Below, one piece after another: positions 43,301 to 52,877 of a DNA stretch of 56,000 nt. The stretch's first letter is position 1; each line of letters starts with the position of its first letter. A program made the position numbers and the translations under genes. The notes under the pieces are model-generated. The model was not told the DNA's origin, did not search any database, and was given only the letters and a program-made list of their open reading frames with translations. Source of the DNA: Prasinococcaceae sp. CCMP 1430 (taxonomy: Eukaryota > Plantae > Prasinodermophyta); the NCBI GenBank assembly GCA_013416795.1, contig RQSC01000015.1, forward strand, positions 326,072 to 382,071. Direction: 5' to 3'.

Positions 43301-44320
43301 ATGGCGCACGCGTCGTCGCACGCCAAGCGCGCGCTCGCCGCGGCCACCGAGGAGCTGCGCTGGGAGGACGACGAGCGCGAGCGCGACGCCGACTCGGAGG
43401 AGGACGAGGACGCGCGCGCTGAGGCCGAGGCCGAAGCGGCCGCGCTCGCGGAGATCCGCGGCGAGAGGGGGGCGGACGGGGAGGAGGGCAAGGATGGCGA
43501 GAAAGAGTTCGTGTACGACGTGGAGGGCCTCCATGACAAGCTCGAGGAGTTTGGCTGGACGGGTAGTGAGGCGTTCATTGAGTCGATGGTGGTGGACGCT
43601 GCGGACGCCGCGCCCGCCGACGTCGACGCACACGACGACCTCAAGCGCGAGCTGGTCTTCTACCAGCAGGGACTCGCCGCGGTGCGCGAGGGCATCCAGC
43701 GCTTCCATAAGCTGGGGCTGCCATTCCAGCGCCCCAACGACTTCTACGCGCAGATGGTCAAGGACGACCTGCACATGAAGAAAGTCAAGGACAAGCTGCT
43801 GCACGAGAAGAAGGCGGTGGAGGAATCCGAGGAACGGCGCAAGCAGCGGCTGGCCAAGAAGTACCAGAAGCACGTGGCGGCAGAGCGCCAGAAGGAGCGA
43901 ACGAAGTCCAAGAAGGCGGAGGTGGAGAACATCAAGCGCTGGCGCAAGAACCGCGAGCGCAACGGCTTCGCGGACGGCAAGGCGAGCCAGGAGGAGCTCG
44001 AGGCCATGCTCGCCCAGGGACCCAAGCGCAAGCTCAACGACCGCGGCAACGCGCGCATCCGCCCAGGCGACAACCGCTCCAAGCAGCGCCTCGCGCGCGA
44101 CGAAAAGTTTGGCTTCGGCGGGCGCAAGGGCCTGAAGAAGCAGAACGACCGGGATTCGTACATGGACGCGTCGGCCGGCTTCAGCGGGCACAAGAAGAGC
44201 TTTGGCGGGGGGAAGGGCGGGGGCGCGGGTGGCGCGCGCGGGGGTGTCAACAAGCGTGGGCCCGCCAAGCGCCCGGGCAAGAACAGGCGGCAGCAGTCGC
44301 GCTCGAAGCATCAGGGCTGA
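43301..44320 (+). CDS. EBP2: rRNA-processing protein EBP2; 5' end uncertain
   Basis: DDLKRELVFYQQGL, PFQRPNDFYAQMVKDDLHM.KVK, RDEKFGFGGRK, KRPGK.RR. Confidence 0.9.
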   Translation: MAHASSHAKRALAAATEELRWEDDERERDADSEEDEDARAEAEAEAAALAEIRGERGADGEEGKDGEKEFVYDVEGLHDKLEEFGWTGSEAFIESMVVDAADAAPADVDAHDDLKRELVFYQQGLAAVREGIQRFHKLGLPFQRPNDFYAQMVKDDLHMKKVKDKLLHEKKAVEESEERRKQRLAKKYQKHVAAERQKERTKSKKAEVENIKRWRKNRERNGFADGKASQEELEAMLAQGPKRKLNDRGNARIRPGDNRSKQRLARDEKFGFGGRKGLKKQNDRDSYMDASAGFSGHKKSFGGGKGGGAGGARGGVNKRGPAKRPGKNRRQQSRSKHQG

Positions 44321-44412
44321 AATAATAGTACATGGTGGTACAATTTACAATCCCCTGCCCGCGTCGAGATCGACAGCCGCGTCGTGCCGCGCTGCGAGCC
44401 TCAGAGACGCCG

Positions 44413-45852
44413 TCACCAGGCGACCATCGACGTGGTGGTCTCCACCTTCAGCTTGGAGGTGGGCAGCCTTTTGATGCCCACGGCGTCCTCGAGGTGCTGC
44501 ACGCACGTGTCTCGCGTGACGCGGTGCTGCAGCGGCGCGCCCGTCGAGATGCCGCCGCTGCCCACCTCGAGCGGCCTCGAGCGCGGGCGGACCCAGAGCG
44601 GTGGAACGCCGGTCAGGTTCGCCACCATGTATCTGTGCGCAGGCGCGGCGCGGGTGCGCGCATGGCACAGCTCCGGTCAGAGTCGCGGGTCGATGAGCGC
44701 GCGCGAGCGCGCGACTCTGGAGCTGCGCGCGGGCGCTCTCGCATGCGCCACGTACGACATCGCGATGTCTTCGCAGTTCATGTGCTCATCCACGATTCCC
44801 CTGGCGGCCGTCATTGCCTCACTGAAGTACGCATCCAGCCACTCTGTGCGCAGGAATGCGGCCTTGGTGAGCACCACATTGTACTCGCCAGACCACCACA
44901 CGCCGCGCAGCCAGCCGCGGTACAGCGCTGGGGTGGAGTCCACGCGAGTCTCCGATGCGGACGCACTCGCTGGCGACGTCGCGCGCGCCTCTCCGCCTAC
45001 CCCGGGATCGTCAGGCATCGCCCAGCGCGCGCGCAGCCCGGGTGCGCCAGCTCCACTCTCGACGCCGCCCAACGGCGCGTGCGTGACCAGCCGCGGGTAA
45101 TAGCCGACCATCTGCTGCCCACCGAACGACTGGGCGGCCTCGGCACCGACGCACACGTCGGCGCAGGAAAGCAGCACGTCGTCGTCCACGCTGAGCACGA
45201 TTGGCGACAGCAGCGGCGGTGGCACCCCCGTGACGCCGTCGGTGCTGAATGCGGCGCGCGCTGGCGCGCGAAAGCGCTCGTTGAGCGAATCCGCTCGTGC
45301 GACGGACACGTAGACCGGCGCGGGCGATCTGTCATTCCTGCCCCTACTCTCCAGCACGCTCTCGCCCTCGCCCGCCGCAGGTACGCCTCGACCACCGGCG
45401 CGGCGCGGCGCGGCGGCGACGGGAAGCGCCTGGCGCGCGAGCACGTTGAGCTCCCTCGCGAGCGCCTCGGCGGGTGCGCCTGCCTTTGTCGGGTCCCCCC
45501 ACTGCACGCGCACTGCACGCACGCACTCACACGACGCGTACCGCGGCGCCGACGCCGCGAGCGCGCGCGCTCGGTCGAAGTGTGCGAGCAGAACGTCCAC
45601 GCGAGCGCCACCAAACGGCCGCTCGGGGCGCGCAGCCGCCGCTGCGCACGCCACGAGCGCGATGAGTGAGAGCACGAGCGCCGGGACGCGCAGCCACGAG
45701 AGGAGGTACCACGCGCGAGCCGCGGGCGTGTCCAGCGTCCTTCTCGTCGGTCCCCCGCCCCCCTCGCCCCCCCACGCGCTGTCATCGCGCCGCGGCGGCA
45801 GCACCTTCCCGCGCGAGCGCCACTCGGAGGCGGCGCTCTTCCCGCTGTTCAT
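44413..45852 (-). CDS. Glycosyltransferase family 64 (EXTL/EPC1-like), type II membrane protein, 2 exons
   Basis: TM anchor, SLNERF, VLSVDDD, VGYYPRL, YNVVLTKAAF. Intron 44755-44633 gives NCEDIAMS|YMVANLTG. ATG uncertain. Confidence 0.85.
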
Positions 45853-48010
45853 GTTCAGCGTGATGATCCTCGTCCTCATTCCGGCGACGCTCATGAAGCT
45901 GTGCGCGGCCGGCGACGCGGACGGCGTCGCCGGCGCGACGAACAAGGAGGTGTTCACGCGCGCCAAGGCGGGCGGCTCCAAGAAGAAGCCGCTCATCAGC
46001 CACGGCATGTGGCTGGCCATCGGCTGGGCGCTCGCGGCAGCCATGCTCTATTACGTCTCCTCGGTGACCGAGGAGCAGGAGCTCTTCGAGCCCTTCGACA
46101 TCCTCGGCATCGGCCAGAACGCCACCGACCGCGAGATCAAGTCCGCTTACCGGAAGTGCGTGCGGCCGCGTGCAGGCGCGCCCCGCGTGGGAGTGCCACA
46201 GCCCCCGAGGGCGGAGATCTCATGCCACCTCTGCGAATGCCCGCTGACCCCTCGACCCTGCTGCCCCCGCCTCGCCGCCGGTAGGCTCTCTCTCAAGTAC
46301 CACCCTGACAAGAACCCTGACCCGGTGGGCCAGGCCTTCTTCGTCGAGAAGATTCAGAAGGCGTACAAAGCGCTCACCGACGAGACGGCGCGCGCCAATC
46401 TCAAGCGCTACGGCCACCCCGACGGCCCGCAGGGCTACAGCGTGGGCGTGGCGCTGCCAAGCTGGCTGCTGGACAAGAACGAAGGGCAGGCGCAGGTGCT
46501 CATCCTGCTCGGCATCCTGCTTGTGGGCATCATCGCGCCTGGCGCCGCCGCCGTGTTCTACCTCAATCGGTCGGAGAAGTACACCACGCAGGGCGTGAAG
46601 CGCGACACGCTGGGTCGCATCGCCCACTCGATGCGCGGCAAAATTGACCTGAGCATCACCAAAGTGCTGCCCATCCTCGTGTGTTGCTCCGAATACACCG
46701 ACATGAAGTATGGCAGCGCGGCCAAGGCCGAGGCGCTGCAAATGCTCGCGCGCGACCTCAAGACCGCCATCGAGCGCGATGAGAAGATCAAGGATCCCAA
46801 AGACCTGGCGAAGTGGATGAAGCGTCACCCATGCGTCGTGAAGGCCCACCTGCTGCTGCTGGCCTACCTCAATGGCAGCAAGATCCCTGAAATCCTGCAG
46901 GAGGACGCCGAATTCATCGTGAAGGCCGCGCCGCTGCTGCTGGAGGAAATGGTCAAGTTCGCCATGTCTCCGCAGCCACAGACGGGCCTCGGCGTGCTTC
47001 GCCCCGCTCTTTCGTGCCTCGAGGCGTCCCAGAGCATCGTGCGTGGCGTGCCCATCTCCAGCCGCAAGTTGGATGGCGGCGGCAAAGGCAAGGACCTGAG
47101 CCCGCTGCTGCAGCTGCCCCACGTCACTGAGGATACGATCAGGCAGCTACAGAAGGCGAACGTTCGCACGCTGAAGGACCTGATGGACCTCGAGCTCGAC
47201 GAGGCGCGCGCGAAGCTGGAGACCACAAAGCTGGCGCCCGAGGAAGTGGACGCGGCCATGGTTGCGCTCGGCGAGATTCCGCACGTGCACGTGGACGTGG
47301 CCTTCGCGACCCCCGGGTGCAGCGAGGTGCAGGCGAACGATCTGAGTTCGCTGTACGTGCGCCTGTGCGTGTGGAGGCGGCAGAGCAAGCCCGGTGTCAA
47401 GGGCGGCAGCGCGCCGACGGCCATCCGCAGCGCGCGATTTCCTGCTCCGAAGGCCGAGGCGTGGCATGTGTACATGGCCGATGCGAAGCGCAACATCCTC
47501 ATCCTGAAGTCGCGGGCCGTGATCGAGGCGGCGGAGGAGCTCAACCCGGCCGAGGAGGAGGGCGTCGCCGAAAGCACCTCCAATGGCGTCGACGACGACG
47601 AGGATGAGCCGCCGCCCGTGCCCAAGGGCGGCAAGCAGCTGGAGATGATGATCCGCGCGCCGGGCCCTGGCGAATACTCTTGGGACCTGATCGTCGAGTG
47701 CGACTCGTGGATCGGCGTCGGCCTGCACCTACCCGTCAGGGTGAAGGTGGGTCAGCAGCAGGCAGCCGATGCCGTGCGCGCAAAGCCGAAGCCAAAGAGG
47801 GCCAAGGCGGCGGCCGAGTCAACAGGTGGCGAGATCGAAGAGGATGAGGAGGAAGACGAGGAGGACGACCCTGTCCACAACGACGAGGACGACTGCATCT
47901 CCAGCGAGGAGTACGAGGACGACGAGTGGATGGAGGACTCTGACAGCGACGACGAGGGACTCCAGATGAAGAAAGGTCACGTCGCCGACGCTTCGCAGCT
48001 GACCAAGTAA
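45821..48010 (+). CDS. SEC63: Translocon J-protein SEC63/ERDJ2; start codon missing
   Basis: ALFPLFMFSVMILVLIP, FEPFDILGI. Intron 46156-46283 gives RK|LSLKYHPDKNPD. YGHPDG, Sec63/Brl domain, acidic tail. Confidence 0.92.
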   Translation, partial: HSEAALFPLFMFSVMILVLIPATLMKLCAAGDADGVAGATNKEVFTRAKAGGSKKKPLISHGMWLAIGWALAAAMLYYVSSVTEEQELFEPFDILGIGQNATDREIKSAYRKCVRPRAGAPRVGVPQPPRAEISCHLCECPLTPRPCCPRLAAGRLSLKYHPDKNPDPVGQAFFVEKIQKAYKALTDETARANLKRYGHPDGPQGYSVGVALPSWLLDKNEGQAQVLILLGILLVGIIAPGAAAVFYLNRSEKYTTQGVKRDTLGRIAHSMRGKIDLSITKVLPILVCCSEYTDMKYGSAAKAEALQMLARDLKTAIERDEKIKDPKDLAKWMKRHPCVVKAHLLLLAYLNGSKIPEILQEDAEFIVKAAPLLLEEMVKFAMSPQPQTGLGVLRPALSCLEASQSIVRGVPISSRKLDGGGKGKDLSPLLQLPHVTEDTIRQLQKANVRTLKDLMDLELDEARAKLETTKLAPEEVDAAMVALGEIPHVHVDVAFATPGCSEVQANDLSSLYVRLCVWRRQSKPGVKGGSAPTAIRSARFPAPKAEAWHVYMADAKRNILILKSRAVIEAAEELNPAEEEGVAESTSNGVDDDEDEPPPVPKGGKQLEMMIRAPGPGEYSWDLIVECDSWIGVGLHLPVRVKVGQQQAADAVRAKPKPKRAKAAAESTGGEIEEDEEEDEEDDPVHNDEDDCISSEEYEDDEWMEDSDSDDEGLQMKKGHVADASQLTK

Positions 48011-48256
48011 ACCGAGCCATTCAATTGGATATTGTTCTATGTAGCACAACGTCCTTCGCTGCTGACCTGGAGCCGCCGCTGCGATGTGTTCGCGCAGCAC
48101 CACGGCGCGCCTTGCGGAGGCTGCTAAGGGCCCGCGCCTGGGAAACGCTGCAGAGCGTAGACGAGTCTGTGTGCATAAATATGGGTGGGTGTACTGAGGT
48201 CACGCAAGCGAGCGACGCACGCGCAGCTGCTGAGTGCATCCAGTGCCTCGCTCCTC

Positions 48257-50233
48257 TTACTCCTCCGCGGGGGCCTCGGCGGCGGGTTCGGCGCCTTCGT
48301 CGGCCTCGGCGGCCTCGGCGGCCTCGGCGGCCTTGGCCGCGGCGAGCTCGGCATCCTGCGCGCGGCCCTCGCGGGCCGTGTCCGCAGCGGCGGCGTACGA
48401 GCGCACGACACGCAGAAACCATAGCAGGGGCATACCCAGGGGTGACTCCTTGGCGAGCGCGTCCTCGTCGACGCCCTTGCACACGAACTTGGCATACTTG
48501 GCGACTTCGAGCGGCAGCGCGCCCTCAGCGGCCGCGTCAAAGCTGTTGAACGATTCGGCGTCGACAGCGGCAGCAATGCCGCCGAAGAGCAGCGAGCGAG
48601 CGGCCGACCAGCTGTACGCGTCGGTGTGGCCCAGCACGCGCAGCGCGGCACGCAACAGCGGCATCGTCGCTGGCGGCGCGAAGACGCGCTGGCGCAGCGT
48701 GCCAAGCTTGTCGCCCTCGAAGACGCCAGCCACCAGCGACACCACCTTCGCGTACTTCGCCTTCTCCAGCTCCAGAGCTATCTCATAGGACGGCCTGCCC
48801 TCGGCGTCCTCGTCCGCCTCACCCTCGGCGTCCTCCTCCTCCGCCTTACCCTCGGCGTCCTCCTCCTCCGCGTTACCCTCGGCGTCCTCCTCCTCCGCCT
48901 TGCCCTCGGCGTCCTCCTCCTCCGCCTTGCCCTCGGCATCTTCCTCCTCCGCCTTGCCCTCGGCATCCTCCTCCTCCGCCGTGCCCTCGGCATCCTCCTC
49001 CTCCGCCTTGCCCTCGGCATCCTCCTCCTCCGCCGTGCCCTCGGCGTCCTCCTCAGAGTTGTCTTTGAGCCTTTCGAAGGCTTCGCGCAGCGCAGCATTC
49101 ACCTCGGAAGCGGGCGCGGCTGATGCGGCTGCCTCCGAGAGGGCTGCCTCGCCGGCGGCAAGCGTTTCCTCGACCGCCGTCACCACTGCATCCACGAAAG
49201 ACAGGTCGGCTGCCGACAGCGGCAAGCCCGTGCCCTTGCAGCCAAGCTGGCGTAGCGTGTCGCAGCAAAGCACGCAGCCAACGTCTCCTGTGGGTAGCTT
49301 GGCAGCGCGCGCGACGTAGCAACCGACGAGTGGGATGGAGCCCTCGTTGAAAAAGGCGGGGGAGAGGCTCGCAGGTGTGTCATCCTCCTCCTCCTCAGCG
49401 CCCTCCTCGGGCTCATCTGCAGGTGGCGCGAGCGAGTACAAGAGCGTGTTGGGCACCGTCACGCCGGCCTTGTCGGCATCGGCCGCAATGGCCGCGAGGG
49501 TCACGCCCTCGTTGAAACCGAGGGCGCGGCCGATCACGTTGGTGGCGCCCTCGTCAGCGGATTGCACCTGGTACACGAGCTTGCGCTCCTTGAAGTACTT
49601 GACGTTGAGCTCCACCTTGGGCGCCTCGGGCGCAGTCTCCGCATCCTCCGCGTCATCACCCTCGGCGTCAGCGTCGCCCTCGGCGTCGGCCTCGCCCTCG
49701 GCCTCGGCCTCGCCCTCGGCGGTGGCCTCACCGTCGTTGGCGACGGCCTCATCCGCTTCGGCCTCCTCGGCAGGCGCGTCCTCGGCGGGCGCCGCGGTGG
49801 GGTCGGCCTCCTCCTCCTCCCACGTGGCGTCCAGCTCCTCCGCGTCGGGCTCGGGCTCCGCCGTCTGCTCGACGCTCGCGACATATGCGGCACTCGCCGA
49901 TGTGTGCACGAGCACGCCCTGCGCGGCCGTCTGCCAGAGCTCCCACGGGTCACCACTCTTGGTCGCAAGGCTCTCCAGGAACGCCTCGCGCGCCATCTTG
50001 GCGTCCTTGGCAGCGAGCGCGGCGTCATCCTCTGCAGCCTTGGCCTTGGCTTTCGCCTCTTCCTCCTCTTTCTTCGCGCTCTTGATGCCCGCGCGCACGC
50101 CCTCGTTCTTGACATACTGCGCGAGCCACTGCCCGAGGTACTCCACCGGGTCGACCGGGCGCGCGGCGACGCACGCCGCGCAGCCCTTGGCCAGCGCGTC
50201 GCCGACGGTGCTCTTCAGGTACTCGGTGTCCAT
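48257..50233 (-). CDS. RSP2: Flagellar radial spoke protein 2-like (N-terminal Dpy-30 motif)
   Basis: MDTEYLKSTVGDALAKGCAA..PVDPVEYLGQWLAQYVKN, HTSASAAYVA and CDTL..GTGLPLSAADLSFV closely resemble Chlamydomonas RSP2 as I recall it. Confidence 0.75.
   Translation of the reverse strand: MDTEYLKSTVGDALAKGCAACVAARPVDPVEYLGQWLAQYVKNEGVRAGIKSAKKEEEEAKAKAKAAEDDAALAAKDAKMAREAFLESLATKSGDPWELWQTAAQGVLVHTSASAAYVASVEQTAEPEPDAEELDATWEEEEADPTAAPAEDAPAEEAEADEAVANDGEATAEGEAEAEGEADAEGDADAEGDDAEDAETAPEAPKVELNVKYFKERKLVYQVQSADEGATNVIGRALGFNEGVTLAAIAADADKAGVTVPNTLLYSLAPPADEPEEGAEEEEDDTPASLSPAFFNEGSIPLVGCYVARAAKLPTGDVGCVLCCDTLRQLGCKGTGLPLSAADLSFVDAVVTAVEETLAAGEAALSEAAASAAPASEVNAALREAFERLKDNSEEDAEGTAEEEDAEGKAEEEDAEGTAEEEDAEGKAEEEDAEGKAEEEDAEGKAEEEDAEGNAEEEDAEGKAEEEDAEGEADEDAEGRPSYEIALELEKAKYAKVVSLVAGVFEGDKLGTLRQRVFAPPATMPLLRAALRVLGHTDAYSWSAARSLLFGGIAAAVDAESFNSFDAAAEGALPLEVAKYAKFVCKGVDEDALAKESPLGMPLLWFLRVVRSYAAAADTAREGRAQDAELAAAKAAEAAEAAEADEGAEPAAEAPAEE
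48800..49056 (-). repeat. In-frame 27-bp minisatellite encoding about 10 x AEEEDAEG(T/K/N/E) in RSP2
   Basis: Read directly. Confidence 0.95.
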
Positions 50234-50457
50234 GGCGCCCGCCCGGTGGAGAAGGCGTCCGCGGGGGATGAGGCGGGTCTCCCTCGTCACGGCGCTCGCG
50301 ACGAGGAGGAGACCTTCGAGGTGCAGGGCGAGCTCGCGCTCGCCCAGCAGCACGCGCGCAGAGCGCGGAAACTGAAAAAGAAAGTTGCAGAACGCCTCGG
50401 CCAGCGCGCGCACGCCGCGCCGCTGCCGCGCCGCGGGGGGCGCTCGCCACAGCGAGC

Positions 50458-50687
50458 NNNNNNNNNNNNNNNNNNNNNNNNNNNNNNNNNNNNNNNNNNN
50501 NNNNNNNNNNNNNNNNNNNNNNNNNNNNNNNNNNNNNNNNNNNNNNNNNNNNNNNNNNNNNNNNNNNNNNNNNNNNNNNNNNNNNNNNNNNNNNNNNNNN
50601 NNNNNNNNNNNNNNNNNNNNNNNNNNNNNNNNNNNNNNNNNNNNNNNNNNNNNNNNNNNNNNNNNNNNNNNNNNNNNNNNNNNNNNN
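50458..50687. other. Assembly gap (N run)
   Basis: 230 N. Confidence 1.
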
Positions 50688-50919
50688 CCCCCCCGGCGAG
50701 GCGCTGCGGGGTGCGAGGGAGGGCCGATCCCACGAGGTGGGGAGGGAGCGAGGCACGCAGCGCGTCGCAGCGGCTGCAAACTGTGCGCGCGCACCCGAGG
50801 GGCGAGAGAACCCCCGCCCACCGACCCACCGACCCACCACCTCCATCCCCTCCTCCCTCTATCCTCGCTTGCGTGTGTTGTGTGACTTGTGTTACAGGAG
50901 AGCGTTGCAGGTGCTCTGC

Positions 50920-51498
50920 TCACTTCTTCGAGCCGGCGCCCTTGGCGGGGAGGCCGCCGCGCGCCGCGGCCGCGGCCGCATCAGCTGTGGGCCGCGCGAC
51001 GTAGAACTCGGGGCGACGCACACGCACGCCGTACTCCTTGAGCGCGCTGCTGAGATCGTCTATGGTCAAGTTGATCTTGGGCTTCTCCGCCCGCGCTGCA
51101 ACAGCTGCGGCCGAGCGGCCCTTGGAGATGCCAGCGCTCGTGCGGCTCTTGCACAGCGCGACCGCGTCGGCGACGATGTCCGACACGAACTTCTGCGCCG
51201 CGAGCGACACCAGCCTGGTGACGATCACGTCGTCGCACTTGACCCCCGCCCGCGCCAGGCAGTGGTTCGTGAGCTCGTCGGGGATGACGGGCACGTACTC
51301 ATCGAGGGCCGCCATGAACTCGCCCACGCCGTCGGTGTCCTGCTCGTGGGCTGAGGCTGCGCCCGCCGTCCCCCCCGCACCACCCGCGGGGAGTGCGCCC
51401 AGTCCCACCAACGGTGCCTCTGCGCCCCCCCTCCCGCCGTTAGCGGCCGTGCCCCCGGCCGCCGCCGCCGCCTGCGCGGCCGCTGAGCCGCCCTCCAT
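50920..51498 (-). CDS. TAF10: TFIID/SAGA subunit TAF10
   Basis: EFMAALDEYVPVIPDELTNHCL..G..RLVSLAAQKFVSDI..LTIDDLSSALKEYGV..RPEFY. Confidence 0.93.
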   Translation of the reverse strand: MEGGSAAAQAAAAAGGTAANGGRGGAEAPLVGLGALPAGGAGGTAGAASAHEQDTDGVGEFMAALDEYVPVIPDELTNHCLARAGVKCDDVIVTRLVSLAAQKFVSDIVADAVALCKSRTSAGISKGRSAAAVAARAEKPKINLTIDDLSSALKEYGVRVRRPEFYVARPTADAAAAAARGGLPAKGAGSKK

Positions 51499-51862
51499 GC
51501 CGCGCCTCCCGCGTCCCCTCCCTACCCCCCCTCCCTACTTCCGTCCCACGCCGCGGCGCGCGGAGGAAGCTCCTGACGAAGCGCCCCTCCGGCCGTCTCC
51601 CTTGGCCAGCGGGACACGCCCCGCGCCCTCCCGCGCGCGCTGTGGCGCCCCCCGCCGCGTCCACAGCGTTTTTTTTTTTTTTTCCCGCGCACTGTACCTG
51701 GTACCGTACCTGGTAGCGCGTGTTTGGTCTGGCCGCTTTTTCTTTTTCTCCCCGTCAGATTTGGGTTTGTTTCGGAGCGCGATTTTGGTGTGTCCGCTCT
51801 GGCGCGCGCCAGAGCGCGCGCAGGCGCTCCCCCCCCCCTTTCCCCCTCACCACTTTGCGGCC

Positions 51863-52604
51863 ATGTACCCCAAGATCGTGCAGGCGCTGGGCCAGGTGCG
51901 CCGGCGGCGTGCGCGTGAGCGAGCGGGCGCGCGGACGGGCGGCTGAGAGGGCCCGTTGACGGGCCTCGGGGACCGCGGGCTGCGGCGCCAGCGCCACGCT
52001 CGCGGGCAATTTAGGGTTGGCGGAGGCTTGGCGGCGGCGCCCGCATGAGCGCACCGAGAACGGCGGCTCGGGCTGGCGTGAGTGGCCCTGTCGGGGCGAG
52101 GGGGAGAGTGCCTAACGCCAGGCGTGAAACCTGCGAGCGCGCGCGCACTGCAGCCGCGGCGCGCCCACTCGCCGGCGGTCGGAGTTGGCGCTGGCGATTC
52201 GAACGGAATCACTGCGGTGTGCGCACACCGGGGGCGGCGACGAGCCGTGCATTGTTCTGACAGCTGCTTGCCCGCAACCCACCCTCGAACGTGCCTCGCC
52301 CTTGGCAGGTTGGCATCCCGAAGGCCTACGCGCCAGCACAGAGCGACCTCGTCATGCTCGCGCGATGGGGCGGCGTTGCCGGCCTTGGCGTCGTCTGGAT
52401 GGTACGCGCTGTGCCGCTTTGCTTGCGCTGCGCAGCTCGTCAGGATCCGCACCTGCCGCGACCTGCTGTGCATGAGCTGACCCGTGTGCGCACGCAACTG
52501 CCCCCACATAATGCGGTGCTTCCCGCTGGCCGCGGGTCGCGTAGACGCAGCCCTGGAAGATGATGTACGAGGGCGTCTTCGGCGCGCCCGAGGAGGAGAA
52601 GTGA
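51863..52604 (+). CDS. Cytochrome bc1 complex subunit 10 (QCR10/UQCR11-like), 3 exons; absent from the ORF track
   Basis: Exons 51863-51895, 52309-52401 and 52545-52604 give MYPKIVQALGQ-VGIPKAYAPAQSDLVMLARWGGVAGLGVVWM-TQPWKMMYEGVFGAPEEEK*, matching the plant WG..A..G..W.xQP pattern. Confidence 0.75.
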
Positions 52605-52877
52605 GCGCACCCGCCGCAGCGCTGGCTTCCAGGCTGCGGCGTGGATGGCAGTGGCAGTCACTGCTGCCCTGGCCATGCGCGTGTAGCCCGCCTCGATTTT
52701 TTTGACTCGAAGCGCGTTCCTGCGTCCGCGCTGGGCAGGCGCGCGCGCGCTGGGCCTTGACAAGCTTTGTGGCGTCGGCAGCGTGGCACAGGAGCGGAGT
52801 GCGCGTTTGCTTACGCCGCCCTTAGTTCTACACCACGCACATCGGCACTGCTACACAGCCGCCACTGAGCGCGGGCG

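Noticed and set aside
48800-49056. 27-bp repeats as CRISPR or a mobile element
   Set aside because: No spacers; the repeats are in frame within a coding sequence.
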